From: Clostridiales bacterium
GTDB lineage: Bacteria > Bacillota > Clostridia > Oscillospirales > Oscillospiraceae
NCBI GenBank assembly: GCA_012729975.1
Contig: JAAYBW010000058.1
Location: forward strand, 1 to 51,854
Direction of reading: 5' to 3'
Length of the DNA: 51,854 nt
In this document: in pieces, positions 45,257 to 51,854 of the stretch
Position numbering within the stretch: position 1 is the stretch's first letter
Layout of the letters: each line of letters starts with the position of its first letter
Translations under genes and position numbers: made by a program
Notes under the pieces: model-generated
What the model was told of the DNA's origin: nothing
The model's input: the letters and a program-made list of their open reading frames with translations, nothing else
Database searches by the model: none

Positions 45257-45889
45257 ATGGAATCAAACGGCTATGACATTGATGATATGCTCTGTCTTGC
45301 GGCGTCCTCCGGCGATGCCGAAGCCGAGTATTCGTTGATACAGAAATACAGCAACCTCGTAAAAGCATGTGCCCGCCCATATTTTCTCGCGGGTGGGGAC
45401 AGTGAAGATCTCATTCAGGAAGGCATGATGGGTCTTCTCGCCGCGATCAGGGAATATAATCCCGAGGGCGGCGCTTCCTTCAGAACCTACTCAGAGCTCT
45501 GCATAAGAAGACGGCTCTATTCAGCTATCAGATCAGCAAACGGCCGGCGCAATGTATCCCTTGACGATTGTCTTTCACTGGATTCACAGCTCTTTGACGA
45601 GAATCAAGCCCACGCCGCTTATGCCTTGCACGACGCTTTCAGGCGCGGTCCTGAAGATTTGCTAATAGACAAAGAAGGCACCGACGAGTTTTATAAACGA
45701 TTTATAAAATACCTGTCGAGATTTGAAGCGAATATTTTATCTCTCTATTTATCCGGTCTTTCATACAGAGAGATGGCGCGGAAAGCCGGCAAACAGGAAA
45801 AGTCGGTAGACAATGCTGTACAGCGCATCAGGCGCAAGCTTGTACAGTATATTCAAAGCGGCGATATCAGTATAACTGATCGCATATAG
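45257..45889 (+). CDS. sigH: Sigma-70-family sigma factor, SigH-like (sporulation initiation sigma)
   Basis: I align these regions, from memory, with Bacillus and Clostridioides SigH: region 2 ARPYFLAGGDSEDLIQEGMMGL...SFRTYSELCIRRRL.SAIR, and region 4 LSLYLSGLSYREMA....EKSVDNAVQRIRRKL. The protein is divergent. Confidence 0.75.
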   Translation: MESNGYDIDDMLCLAASSGDAEAEYSLIQKYSNLVKACARPYFLAGGDSEDLIQEGMMGLLAAIREYNPEGGASFRTYSELCIRRRLYSAIRSANGRRNVSLDDCLSLDSQLFDENQAHAAYALHDAFRRGPEDLLIDKEGTDEFYKRFIKYLSRFEANILSLYLSGLSYREMARKAGKQEKSVDNAVQRIRRKLVQYIQSGDISITDRI

Positions 45890-45934
45890 TGCCCTAAAAA
45901 GGCAAAGATTATTGTCAAAGTGAGGATTCAATTA

Positions 45935-46213
45935 ATGTACGAAGACAAAACACTGGTTTGCAAGGAATGCGGCGCGCAGTTTGTTTTTACTGCAGGCGAG
46001 CAGGAGTTTTATGCTGAGAGAGGTTTTCAAAACGAGCCTCAGCGTTGCAAAAACTGCCGCGATGCAAGGAAAAATGCAGCAAGGGGTCCAAGGGAGTACT
46101 TCACAGCCGTCTGCGCAAGCTGCGGCGGTGAGGCGAAGGTTCCTTTCGAGCCTAAATCCGACAGGCCTGTATACTGCAGCGACTGCTTCGCAAAAATGAG
46201 GGAGCAGGGCTGA
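45935..46213 (+). CDS. Zinc-ribbon protein with two CxxC-x17-CxxC-type modules
   Basis: MYEDKTLVCKECGAQFVFTAGEQEFYAERGFQNEPQRCKNCR....CASCGGEAKVPFEPKSDRPVYCSDCF. ATG 45935 lies 8 nt after GAGGA. No terminator separates it from the sigH-like gene. Confidence 0.8.
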   Translation: MYEDKTLVCKECGAQFVFTAGEQEFYAERGFQNEPQRCKNCRDARKNAARGPREYFTAVCASCGGEAKVPFEPKSDRPVYCSDCFAKMREQG

Positions 46214-46225
46214 CCGATTAACCCG

Positions 46226-46264
46226 GAACACAGGGGCGCTGAAAAGTGCCCCTGTGTTCTTGTT
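46226..46264 (+). terminator. Intrinsic terminator after the zinc-ribbon gene
   Basis: gaacacaggggc-N10-gcccctgtgttc forms a 12-bp stem followed by TTGTTGGTCTT. Confidence 0.8.
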
Positions 46265-46276
46265 GGTCTTCACCTA

Positions 46277-46305
46277 TTGCAATTGAAGGTTATCGCAGTT
46301 ATAAT
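46277..46305 (+). promoter_or_regulatory. Candidate sigma-A promoter for the DUF1858 gene
   Basis: TTGCAA (46277..46282), a 17-nt spacer, then TATAAT (46300..46305). Confidence 0.55.
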
Positions 46306-46367
46306 AATAATTGCGAGAGCTATCAGCCGAAAACTGATTATTATTTCTACGGAGGTACTAAAGAAAG

Positions 46368-46580
46368 ATGGCTTATAAAATTAATCGTGATACGCTTATT
46401 TCGGAAATTCTAGAGAAAGCACCCGAAACTGCACCTCTTTTCAGGGAGATCGGTATGCATTGTCTGGGCTGCGCGATGGCTAAGGGAGAGACGGTCGCCA
46501 TGGCTTGCCGCGCACACAGCGTTGATGTGAATTCTTTTGTTGAAAAAGCAAACGCGGCGATCGAGGAATTTGCCAGCTGA
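46368..46580 (+). CDS. DUF1858 small redox-disulfide protein (hybrid-cluster-protein-associated type)
   Basis: 70 aa. The sequence ISEILEKAPETAPLFREIGMHCLGCAMAKGETV contains the typical CxxC. Confidence 0.8.
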   Translation: MAYKINRDTLISEILEKAPETAPLFREIGMHCLGCAMAKGETVAMACRAHSVDVNSFVEKANAAIEEFAS

Positions 46581-46601
46581 GAACAGCATTAAAAAACGGA
46601 G

Positions 46602-46628
46602 CGGAGGACGGGTTACCGTCCTCCGTTT
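46602..46628 (+). terminator. Terminator hairpin after the DUF1858 gene
   Basis: cggaggacgg-gtta-ccgtcctccg followed by TTT. Confidence 0.7.
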
Positions 46629-46647
46629 AAAAACGAGCAGGTGAAAA

Positions 46648-47334
46648 ATGACTGTTCTGTCGAACAGACTTAAGGCAATCGCGTCTTTTGTGCCGCAAGG
46701 TTCCGCTGCGGTGGATGTGGGCACCGATCATGCGATTTTGCCTATATGGCTGGCAGAAGCCGGGATATGCAGCCGTGTAATCGCTACCGATATAAATACG
46801 GAGCCTCTGCAGCGGGCTTATTCAAATGTCAGAGCGAGCGCGATGTCGGAAAAAATCGAACTCAGACTTGGTCAGGGACTTGCATGTGTCGGTGAGGAAG
46901 AGATCAACGTCATTATAGTCGCGGGAATGGGCAGCGATAATATCGGGGATATCATACTGGAATCCGGATGGTGCTTTTCGGAGAAAAGGCTTATTCTGCA
47001 GCCTATGACAAAACACCCCGAGCTTATCGGCCGTCTTTGGCAAAACGGTTTTTTCGTTCGGGATGAGAAGCTTGCAAAGGATGCGGGGAAGATATACAGG
47101 ATTCTGCAGGTTGAAAAGGGAATATCCCCGGAACCGTCACCGGCGGATCTGTATGCCGGTGAAGCACTTTTAACCAATCACGATCCGCTTCTGAGGGAAT
47201 ATCTTCATAAGACTGTTGAAAGACTCGAGCGCGCATTGAGCGGAATAAGGCACTCGCGAGGATATGAAGAGAAATCCGCTCTTTTATTTCAAAGGGCGAT
47301 CGAAGGATTGGGTATGATGATACGGTTATCCTGA
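46648..47334 (+). CDS. trmK: tRNA (adenine22-N1)-methyltransferase TrmK (YqfN family)
   Basis: RLKAIASFVP.GS..VDVGTDHA.LPIWL......VIATDIN..PL matches the TrmK/DUF633 N-terminus. It is followed by a Nif3 gene, as in Bacillus yqfN-yqfO. Confidence 0.85.
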   Translation: MTVLSNRLKAIASFVPQGSAAVDVGTDHAILPIWLAEAGICSRVIATDINTEPLQRAYSNVRASAMSEKIELRLGQGLACVGEEEINVIIVAGMGSDNIGDIILESGWCFSEKRLILQPMTKHPELIGRLWQNGFFVRDEKLAKDAGKIYRILQVEKGISPEPSPADLYAGEALLTNHDPLLREYLHKTVERLERALSGIRHSRGYEEKSALLFQRAIEGLGMMIRLS

Positions 47335-47381
47335 AATCGGAAGTTGATTCGAAGTATTTTTATGAACAGGGGAAGTTTATC

Positions 47382-48173
47382 GTGGCGGTAATAAGAGATA
47401 TTTACAATTATCTCGAGCAAATCGCACCATCGCGGTACAAGATGGATTTTGACAATGTAGGACTCCTTATAGGTGATGAAGAAAGAAATGCCGACAGGGT
47501 GCTGGTGGCACTTGATATAACAGGCGAAGTCGCGCAGGAAGCTGTCGGCTGGGGTGCCGGGCTGATTATTTCGCATCATCCCGTTTTCTTTACACTTAAA
47601 GATGTGACTGCATCCGATCCGATAGGACGCAGAGTCATGTTCCTTATAGAGAACCGCTGTGCCGCGATTTGCATGCACACAAACCTTGACGCCGCTTACA
47701 AAGGAGTAAATGACGCGTTGGCAAATGCGCTGTGCCTTGCGGATACAATGCCGCTCGGATATTTTGGCGATGATTCCGCGGGAACAATAGGCATTGGTCG
47801 GATAGGATCATTGGCGCATGATACACCGCTGCCTGAATTTCTTCGAAGTGTGAAAACCGCGCTTAACACAAACGGACTGCGCTATTACAATGCCGAAAAA
47901 CCGGTCAGACGTGTCGCAGTCGGAGGAGGCTCTTGCGGAGATTATTTAAAGTATGCAGCCGAGAAGGGATGCGACACTTTTGTGACGGCAGACATTAAGT
48001 ACGATGTGTTCCTGCAGGCGAAGGAAGCGGGTATAAACATAATTGATGCCGACCATTTCAGCACCGAAAACGTCATAGTTCCGGTCCTTGCCGCTGATCT
48101 TTCGAAGCGGTTTCCTCAAACACAGTTTCGAATTTCATTGACCCACGGTCCGACAGCGGAGTTCTATATATAG
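47382..48173 (+). CDS. Nif3-family dinuclear metal-centre protein (YqfO-like)
   Basis: It starts at GTG. It contains D.VGLLIGD, the Nif3 metal-ligand pattern LIISHHP.FF, a second HTNLD motif and a C-terminal DHF..E. Confidence 0.88.
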   Translation: MAVIRDIYNYLEQIAPSRYKMDFDNVGLLIGDEERNADRVLVALDITGEVAQEAVGWGAGLIISHHPVFFTLKDVTASDPIGRRVMFLIENRCAAICMHTNLDAAYKGVNDALANALCLADTMPLGYFGDDSAGTIGIGRIGSLAHDTPLPEFLRSVKTALNTNGLRYYNAEKPVRRVAVGGGSCGDYLKYAAEKGCDTFVTADIKYDVFLQAKEAGINIIDADHFSTENVIVPVLAADLSKRFPQTQFRISLTHGPTAEFYI

Positions 48174-48201
48174 GAGTTCTATATATAATTACATTACGAG
48201 T

Positions 48202-48239
48202 AAATCTCAAGGCCGTCCGGTCGGACGGCCTTGAGATTT
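48202..48239. terminator. Bidirectional terminator between the nif3-like and MATE genes
   Basis: aaatctcaaggccgtcc-ggtc-ggacggccttgagattt forms a 17-bp perfect stem. It overlaps the MATE stop codon. Confidence 0.85.
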
Positions 48240-49866
48240 ATTGCAGGAGTCTGATCTCTTTCCATTTGCCTTGATTATATCGAAGCAGTATAAGCCAGGA
48301 ACGTAACATCTGATCGGCCAAAACCGCTATCCAAGCCCCGTAAAGCCTTATCTCGGTAAGACCGCCTGCCGTTGTGGAGTCGAGCCACCTGCTCAGGAAC
48401 GTGCCCGCTATAAACGAATAGTCAATTAACGATACAAAAACATAAGCGACGGATGTCCTGATTATAACGACCGTTATCAGCATGATGATGGCGGTTGATT
48501 TTGTGTCTCCGGCTCCTCTGAGCAGTCCGCCGAGTATAAATTGCGATGACATGAAAGGCTGCAGCAGCGCGACTATTATCATAATAACGGTTCCCATTTG
48601 GATGACCGCGAGTTCCTTGCTGTTATAAAGCATTACAAGATATTTTCCGAAGATGGCGAATATGAGTGACAGGAAAAGCGCAATGCATAACCCCAGGTTT
48701 CTGCATCTTATGCCGTAATGCTCGGCAAGATCAAGCCTTCGCCGCCCGAGGCTCTGTCCGGTTAGCGTCGTTGCCGCTACAGCGAAAGACTGACCGTTCA
48801 TCATTGACAGCGACTGTATGTTCATGCATATCTGGAACGCCGCGTTCGCTACCTCACCCAGCGTTGCGACTGTTCGGCTGTATATTACCATACCTATACG
48901 CATAACAACCTGTTCAAGCATAGCGGGCAAACCGATTTTTGCAATATCACCGACGATTCGCTTATCAAACTTGAGGAGATTTTTCAAACGGAGTTTCAGA
49001 TAGAATTTTCCGCTGAAAACACAGTATAATGCTATTATCGTTGCCACGAGCTGGGAGATAACGGTCGCTAACGAAGCGCCTGCGACGCCTAATGCGGGGA
49101 AACCCCAATGACCATTGATTAAAAGGTAATTTAAAAATATGTTAACCAAATTAGCGGTTATGTTGTAGATCATGCTGGGTTTGGTATTGCCTGTACCCCT
49201 AAGCGCCGCGGTTATGCAAAAAGACCAGGAGAAGAGGGGAAACGCCGCCATCTGTATTTGAAGGTATCGAGTTCCGGCCTTTATTGTGGCTTCCTGCATT
49301 CCTCCGTTTGCCATGAAATTTATCATCCATCCGGAAAAATAAACGCCTAAGAACCCGCAAATTATCGATATACCGGTAGCAAGCACCATAGCCTGGCGCA
49401 GTATTTGGTTTGTCAGCTCATGTCTGCCGGATCCTCTGGCTCTTGCTATAATCGCCGTAGCGCCTGTGTTCAGAGCCATAAGGGTGGTTAATATCAGAAA
49501 TCGCGGTTGATTTGCAAGACCGATCGCGGTTGTTGCGCTTGAGCCGAGACCGCTTACCATCATCATATCTACCATCGAAACGAGAGAAGTCAGAAATAAT
49601 TCCAACATTGAAGGCCATGTTATTCTTATGATATCGGAGTAAAGAGACTTTGATTCGACCCCTTCGGGAAGCTTTCTTTGTTCTTTTTTTGTTTTAAGCA
49701 TTTCCGCCTTAACATCCGCGTCTGTGCCGAAAGGCAGATAATCCAGAGTAGTGGTAACTCCTTTTATCAGATTCCCCTCTGAGTCAAGAAGCGGTTTGGT
49801 TTTGTTTATCGATGTGTTTTTAAGTCGCATAATATGGGAACGTTTATTAACGCAGCCCCGGCTCAC
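48238..49866 (-). CDS. MATE-family efflux transporter with ~80-aa N-terminal extension
   Basis: It has a 12-TM MATE pattern starting at IIRITWPSMLELFLTSLVSMVDMMMV. The start is uncertain: GTG 49866 is crowded against AGAGG, and ATG 49830 lacks an RBS. Confidence 0.88.
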   Translation of the reverse strand: MSRGCVNKRSHIMRLKNTSINKTKPLLDSEGNLIKGVTTTLDYLPFGTDADVKAEMLKTKKEQRKLPEGVESKSLYSDIIRITWPSMLELFLTSLVSMVDMMMVSGLGSSATTAIGLANQPRFLILTTLMALNTGATAIIARARGSGRHELTNQILRQAMVLATGISIICGFLGVYFSGWMINFMANGGMQEATIKAGTRYLQIQMAAFPLFSWSFCITAALRGTGNTKPSMIYNITANLVNIFLNYLLINGHWGFPALGVAGASLATVISQLVATIIALYCVFSGKFYLKLRLKNLLKFDKRIVGDIAKIGLPAMLEQVVMRIGMVIYSRTVATLGEVANAAFQICMNIQSLSMMNGQSFAVAATTLTGQSLGRRRLDLAEHYGIRCRNLGLCIALFLSLIFAIFGKYLVMLYNSKELAVIQMGTVIMIIVALLQPFMSSQFILGGLLRGAGDTKSTAIIMLITVVIIRTSVAYVFVSLIDYSFIAGTFLSRWLDSTTAGGLTEIRLYGAWIAVLADQMLRSWLILLRYNQGKWKEIRLLQ

Positions 49867-49890
49867 CTCTTTGACGGTATAATGATTGAA

Positions 49891-49920
49891 GAGCCTGCTT
49901 CGCTGTATCGAAGTAGGCTC
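49891..49920. other. 12-bp hairpin in the MATE upstream region
   Basis: gagcctgcttcg-ctgtat-cgaagtaggctc. One pair is G-U in plus-strand RNA but a C-A mismatch in minus-strand RNA. Confidence 0.5.
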
Positions 49921-50061
49921 CGATTAAAATTAGCGTCTTACAACTCTACGTATGTTATCATAACGATGCTGAATTAACAAGAGAAAATTCGGCAACGGAT
50001 ATTTGAAATAAATACTGTTTATTGAATAACAGCAATACAGATTATGAAAGATACCGAGGGG

Positions 50062-50091
50062 CAGCAGATAAGAACAGAACAGCAGATAAGA
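50062..50091. repeat. Direct repeat CAGCAGATAAGA x2 with an 18-nt period
   Basis: Perfect 12-mers at 50062..50073 and 50080..50091, in the 304-bp intergenic region. Confidence 0.7.
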
Positions 50092-50170
50092 GTGTGCGAA
50101 TTAATCTATAAAATGCTGACGGATGCCGGAACCGCCGGATGACAGATCATTAAATGATCATTACATATCA

Positions 50171-50671
50171 TTATAATCGTTGATATTTTCTGGCGCCGAC
50201 GATATGGGTATACCGAATACGTTCATAAGAGTAACTAGTCAGAGGCCGCATACGCGAGTCTGATGAATGGGCAGCAATATATACCTCACTTTCGATAATA
50301 TTGAGGACTAATAAAGTGTGATAAAACGAACCGTCAGACTTCCCGAGCTGGACCACGTCGCCAATTTGTATATCATTCTTGTGCGTATCATAACCGAAGG
50401 GGCCCGTTCCGGTGTTGGATGTCAAAAAAGAATGGAACTGCTCGACTCCTGTCCATGAAGGACTCCGGTCATTCGCGTTGATATAATACCAACCGCTGAC
50501 AGGAGAATAGTTCATAACTAAACAAGCCGCATAAACACATTGGGAAACAAAATTAGTACAGTCACCGCCGAGAGCATCGAAATTATAATAAGCCGGATTT
50601 CGCGACATGGCCCATTTAATTGCGTATTCTGCGGCGATGTTTCGATTGTACGGTATTTGCCGCAATGCCAC
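50171..50671 (-). CDS. Putative amidase-domain protein (Amidase_6-like)
   Basis: YNR..AAEYA.KWA...NP.Y..F...GGDCTNFVSQC......GWYY and the later GDVVQL..DG.FYHT resemble the 'putative amidase domain' family. The start is GTG, 7 nt after GGAGG. Confidence 0.7.
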   Translation of the reverse strand: MALRQIPYNRNIAAEYAIKWAMSRNPAYYNFDALGGDCTNFVSQCVYAACLVMNYSPVSGWYYINANDRSPSWTGVEQFHSFLTSNTGTGPFGYDTHKNDIQIGDVVQLGKSDGSFYHTLLVLNIIESEVYIAAHSSDSRMRPLTSYSYERIRYTHIVGARKYQRL

Positions 50672-50817
50672 ATCACAACCTCCGAACTGACCATCCTTGC
50701 GACTTGTATCGCATGACAGAATAATGCGCTACAGTCTATGACCAAACATAGGGGGTTGTTAAACTTATACAGATGAATATGTCCTAATGCTTCTGCTCTG
50801 ATTGACGTCAGCTGATT

Positions 50818-51312
50818 TCAGGACAGTATTCTTTGATAAGCGACAACATCGAGTCTTCGGCCGAATTTATAGCCTGCCTGCTTATAATGCGCACATTTTT
50901 CATAGCCGACGCTTTCGAACAGACGGATGCTGCCTGTATTTTCCGCACATATTGTCGCGATAAGAACATGGAATTTGTTTTTTACCGCAACTTGCTCGAT
51001 GAATGATATAGCGCGGGTTCCGATTCCTTTTCCGGTGTAACCGCATTTGAGATAGACAGCTATCTGTCCGGTTTCATCGTATGCTTCGCGGACGCCGAAT
51101 TGTGAAAGTATCACATAACCGCATATTACCTCCCGATCCAGCATCACATATGCTTTATACTTTGGATTGTCGAAAAAGACCAGACAGCGCATTTCTTCTG
51201 CTGTCAAAGAATGCATATGAAATGAAAAAGTAGTGTTCTCAACATAGTATGTATAAATAGACAGGACTTCCTGCAAGTCATTTTCGTTTATCTCTCTGAA
51301 CTCAATATGCAT
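50818..51312 (-). CDS. GNAT-family N-acetyltransferase (phosphinothricin-acetyltransferase-like)
   Basis: It is 164 aa, with acetyl-CoA motif A (YTGKGIGTRAISFIE) and ENTGSIRLFESVGY. Confidence 0.85.
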   Translation of the reverse strand: MHIEFREINENDLQEVLSIYTYYVENTTFSFHMHSLTAEEMRCLVFFDNPKYKAYVMLDREVICGYVILSQFGVREAYDETGQIAVYLKCGYTGKGIGTRAISFIEQVAVKNKFHVLIATICAENTGSIRLFESVGYEKCAHYKQAGYKFGRRLDVVAYQRILS

Positions 51313-51354
51313 ATTAATTGTCCCCGTTAAACGAAGTATTCAAAAACAAACCAT

Positions 51355-51383
51355 ATCATACAGCCGAGCGCGTTAAAAAGCAA
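51355..51383 (-). promoter_or_regulatory. Candidate promoter for the GNAT gene
   Basis: On the minus strand: TTGCTT (51378..51383), a 17-nt spacer, then TATGAT (51355..51360). Confidence 0.45.
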
Positions 51384-51452
51384 TCGTCTGTGTCCCGGCG
51401 AACTGCACTATTGCTTAGAGCATTTGGCTGCCGATTAATACGCAGTCAAAGT

Positions 51453-51490
51453 AAAAAAACACCGGTTTGCGCTTGCAATGCAGACCGGTG
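51453..51490 (-). terminator. Canonical intrinsic terminator on the minus strand with no annotated gene upstream of it
   Basis: On the minus strand: CACCGGTCTGCA-TTGCAAG-CGCAAACCGGTG (about 12 bp including wobbles) followed by TTTTTTT (plus-strand A-run 51453..51459). Confidence 0.7.
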
Positions 51491-51679
51491 CAATATCGTG
51501 GTCCGAGTGTTCATAACACACTTAATTATTATGGCTGAAAAGCCAAGGTCGCCGGCAACATATTCCAATTCCAAAGAAAAACTTACATTTAACAGGAAAA
51601 AGGCAATCGGCGCACTTCGAGAATAAACCGCATATAAACGGATGATATCGGTCGATATATCAACCTATTCCTCCAAGTG

Positions 51680-51703
51680 ACTAGTATTTAGACTAGTATT
51701 TAG
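51680..51703. repeat. Perfect tandem 12-mer ACTAGTATTTAG x2
   Basis: Copies at 51680..51691 and 51692..51703, about 80 nt upstream of the transposase-like start. Confidence 0.8.
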
Positions 51704-51779
51704 TAACAACTAAAACTTGTATAAACTTACGAATTATGATATGATATCCTTAAAGTACGGTTTGTGAGGGGGATATCAT

Positions 51780-51854
51780 ATGCCAACAAAGAAATATAAC
51801 ATTGAGCTAACTGATAACGAGCGACGCGAGTTGACAAAAATCGTCAAGAACGGA
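51780..51854 (+). CDS. N-terminus of an IS630-family-like transposase (HTH region), truncated by the window end
   Basis: GAGGGGG RBS then ATG 51780. MPTKKYNIELTDNERRELTKIVKNG resembles the N-terminal pattern of IS630-type transposases (K-Y-x-V-x-L-T-x-E-E-R-x-x-L). Only 25 codons are visible. Confidence 0.5.
   Translation, partial: MPTKKYNIELTDNERRELTKIVKNG

Noticed and set aside
50011-50023. A shared 9-mer ACTGTTTAT between the MATE upstream region and the asd promoter repeat (35093..35101), and a CTGT-N-ACAG LexA-like look.
   Set aside because: One shared 9-mer in about 100 kb of two-strand sequence is close to chance expectation. The spacing (N10) does not fit the E. coli LexA box, and Firmicute SOS boxes are GAAC-N4-GTTC.
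51318-51626. A 102-aa plus-strand ORF in the GNAT/IS intergenic region.
   Set aside because: It has no RBS, starts 5 nt from the divergent GNAT start, reads through an A7 run and a 12-bp hairpin that is a minus-strand terminator, and has a basic low-complexity composition.
1-51854. CRISPR arrays, rRNA or tRNA genes, prophage or defence islands.
   Set aside because: I saw no regularly spaced repeats, no tRNA-like T-loop or acceptor patterns in intergenic regions, and no phage or defence gene signatures. Apart from the last ~2 kb, the window is syntenic housekeeping DNA.

Overview
About 52 kb of mostly core chromosome from what looks like a spore-forming Firmicute of class Clostridia. It carries sigH-like, spoIIM-like, spoIID/lytB-like and sleB-like genes, plus Bacillus/Clostridium-type gene orders: rpsP-KH-rimM-trmD, ylxM-ffh, gdpP-rplI-dnaB, tilS-hpt-ftsH, asd-dapA-dapB, queA-tgt-yajC, ruvCAB and trmK-nif3. 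I call about 46 protein-coding genes, several sigma-A-type promoters and several intrinsic terminators. By eye I saw no rRNA, tRNA, CRISPR array or prophage. Many track ORFs are N-terminally over-extended, so I trimmed them to starts that have Shine-Dalgarno sites; many real starts are GTG or TTG. The outstanding object is a single 2436-aa ORF (3772..11082). Its architecture matches a cyclic beta-1,2-glucan synthase: membrane-embedded GT84-like glycosyltransferase, alpha-barrel middle domain and GH94-like phosphorylase. That is unexpected in a monoderm sporeformer and no partner genes sit beside it. Secondary points are an unrecognised structured leader and overlapping divergent promoters at the asd-dapA-dapB operon, and a sigH-like sigma factor at a non-canonical locus followed by a double-CxxC zinc-ribbon gene. 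There is also a lipobox-bearing YajC, a 21-bp perfect hairpin without a U-tract, and an accessory right-hand end. That end holds an amidase-domain gene, a GNAT gene, an orphan terminator bounding an ORF-less unit, and the start of an IS630-like transposase. I did not find a convincing multi-gene novel system such as a defence island, a RiPP cluster or a toxin-antitoxin pair. All function calls rest on motif and family recognition by eye, not on searches.
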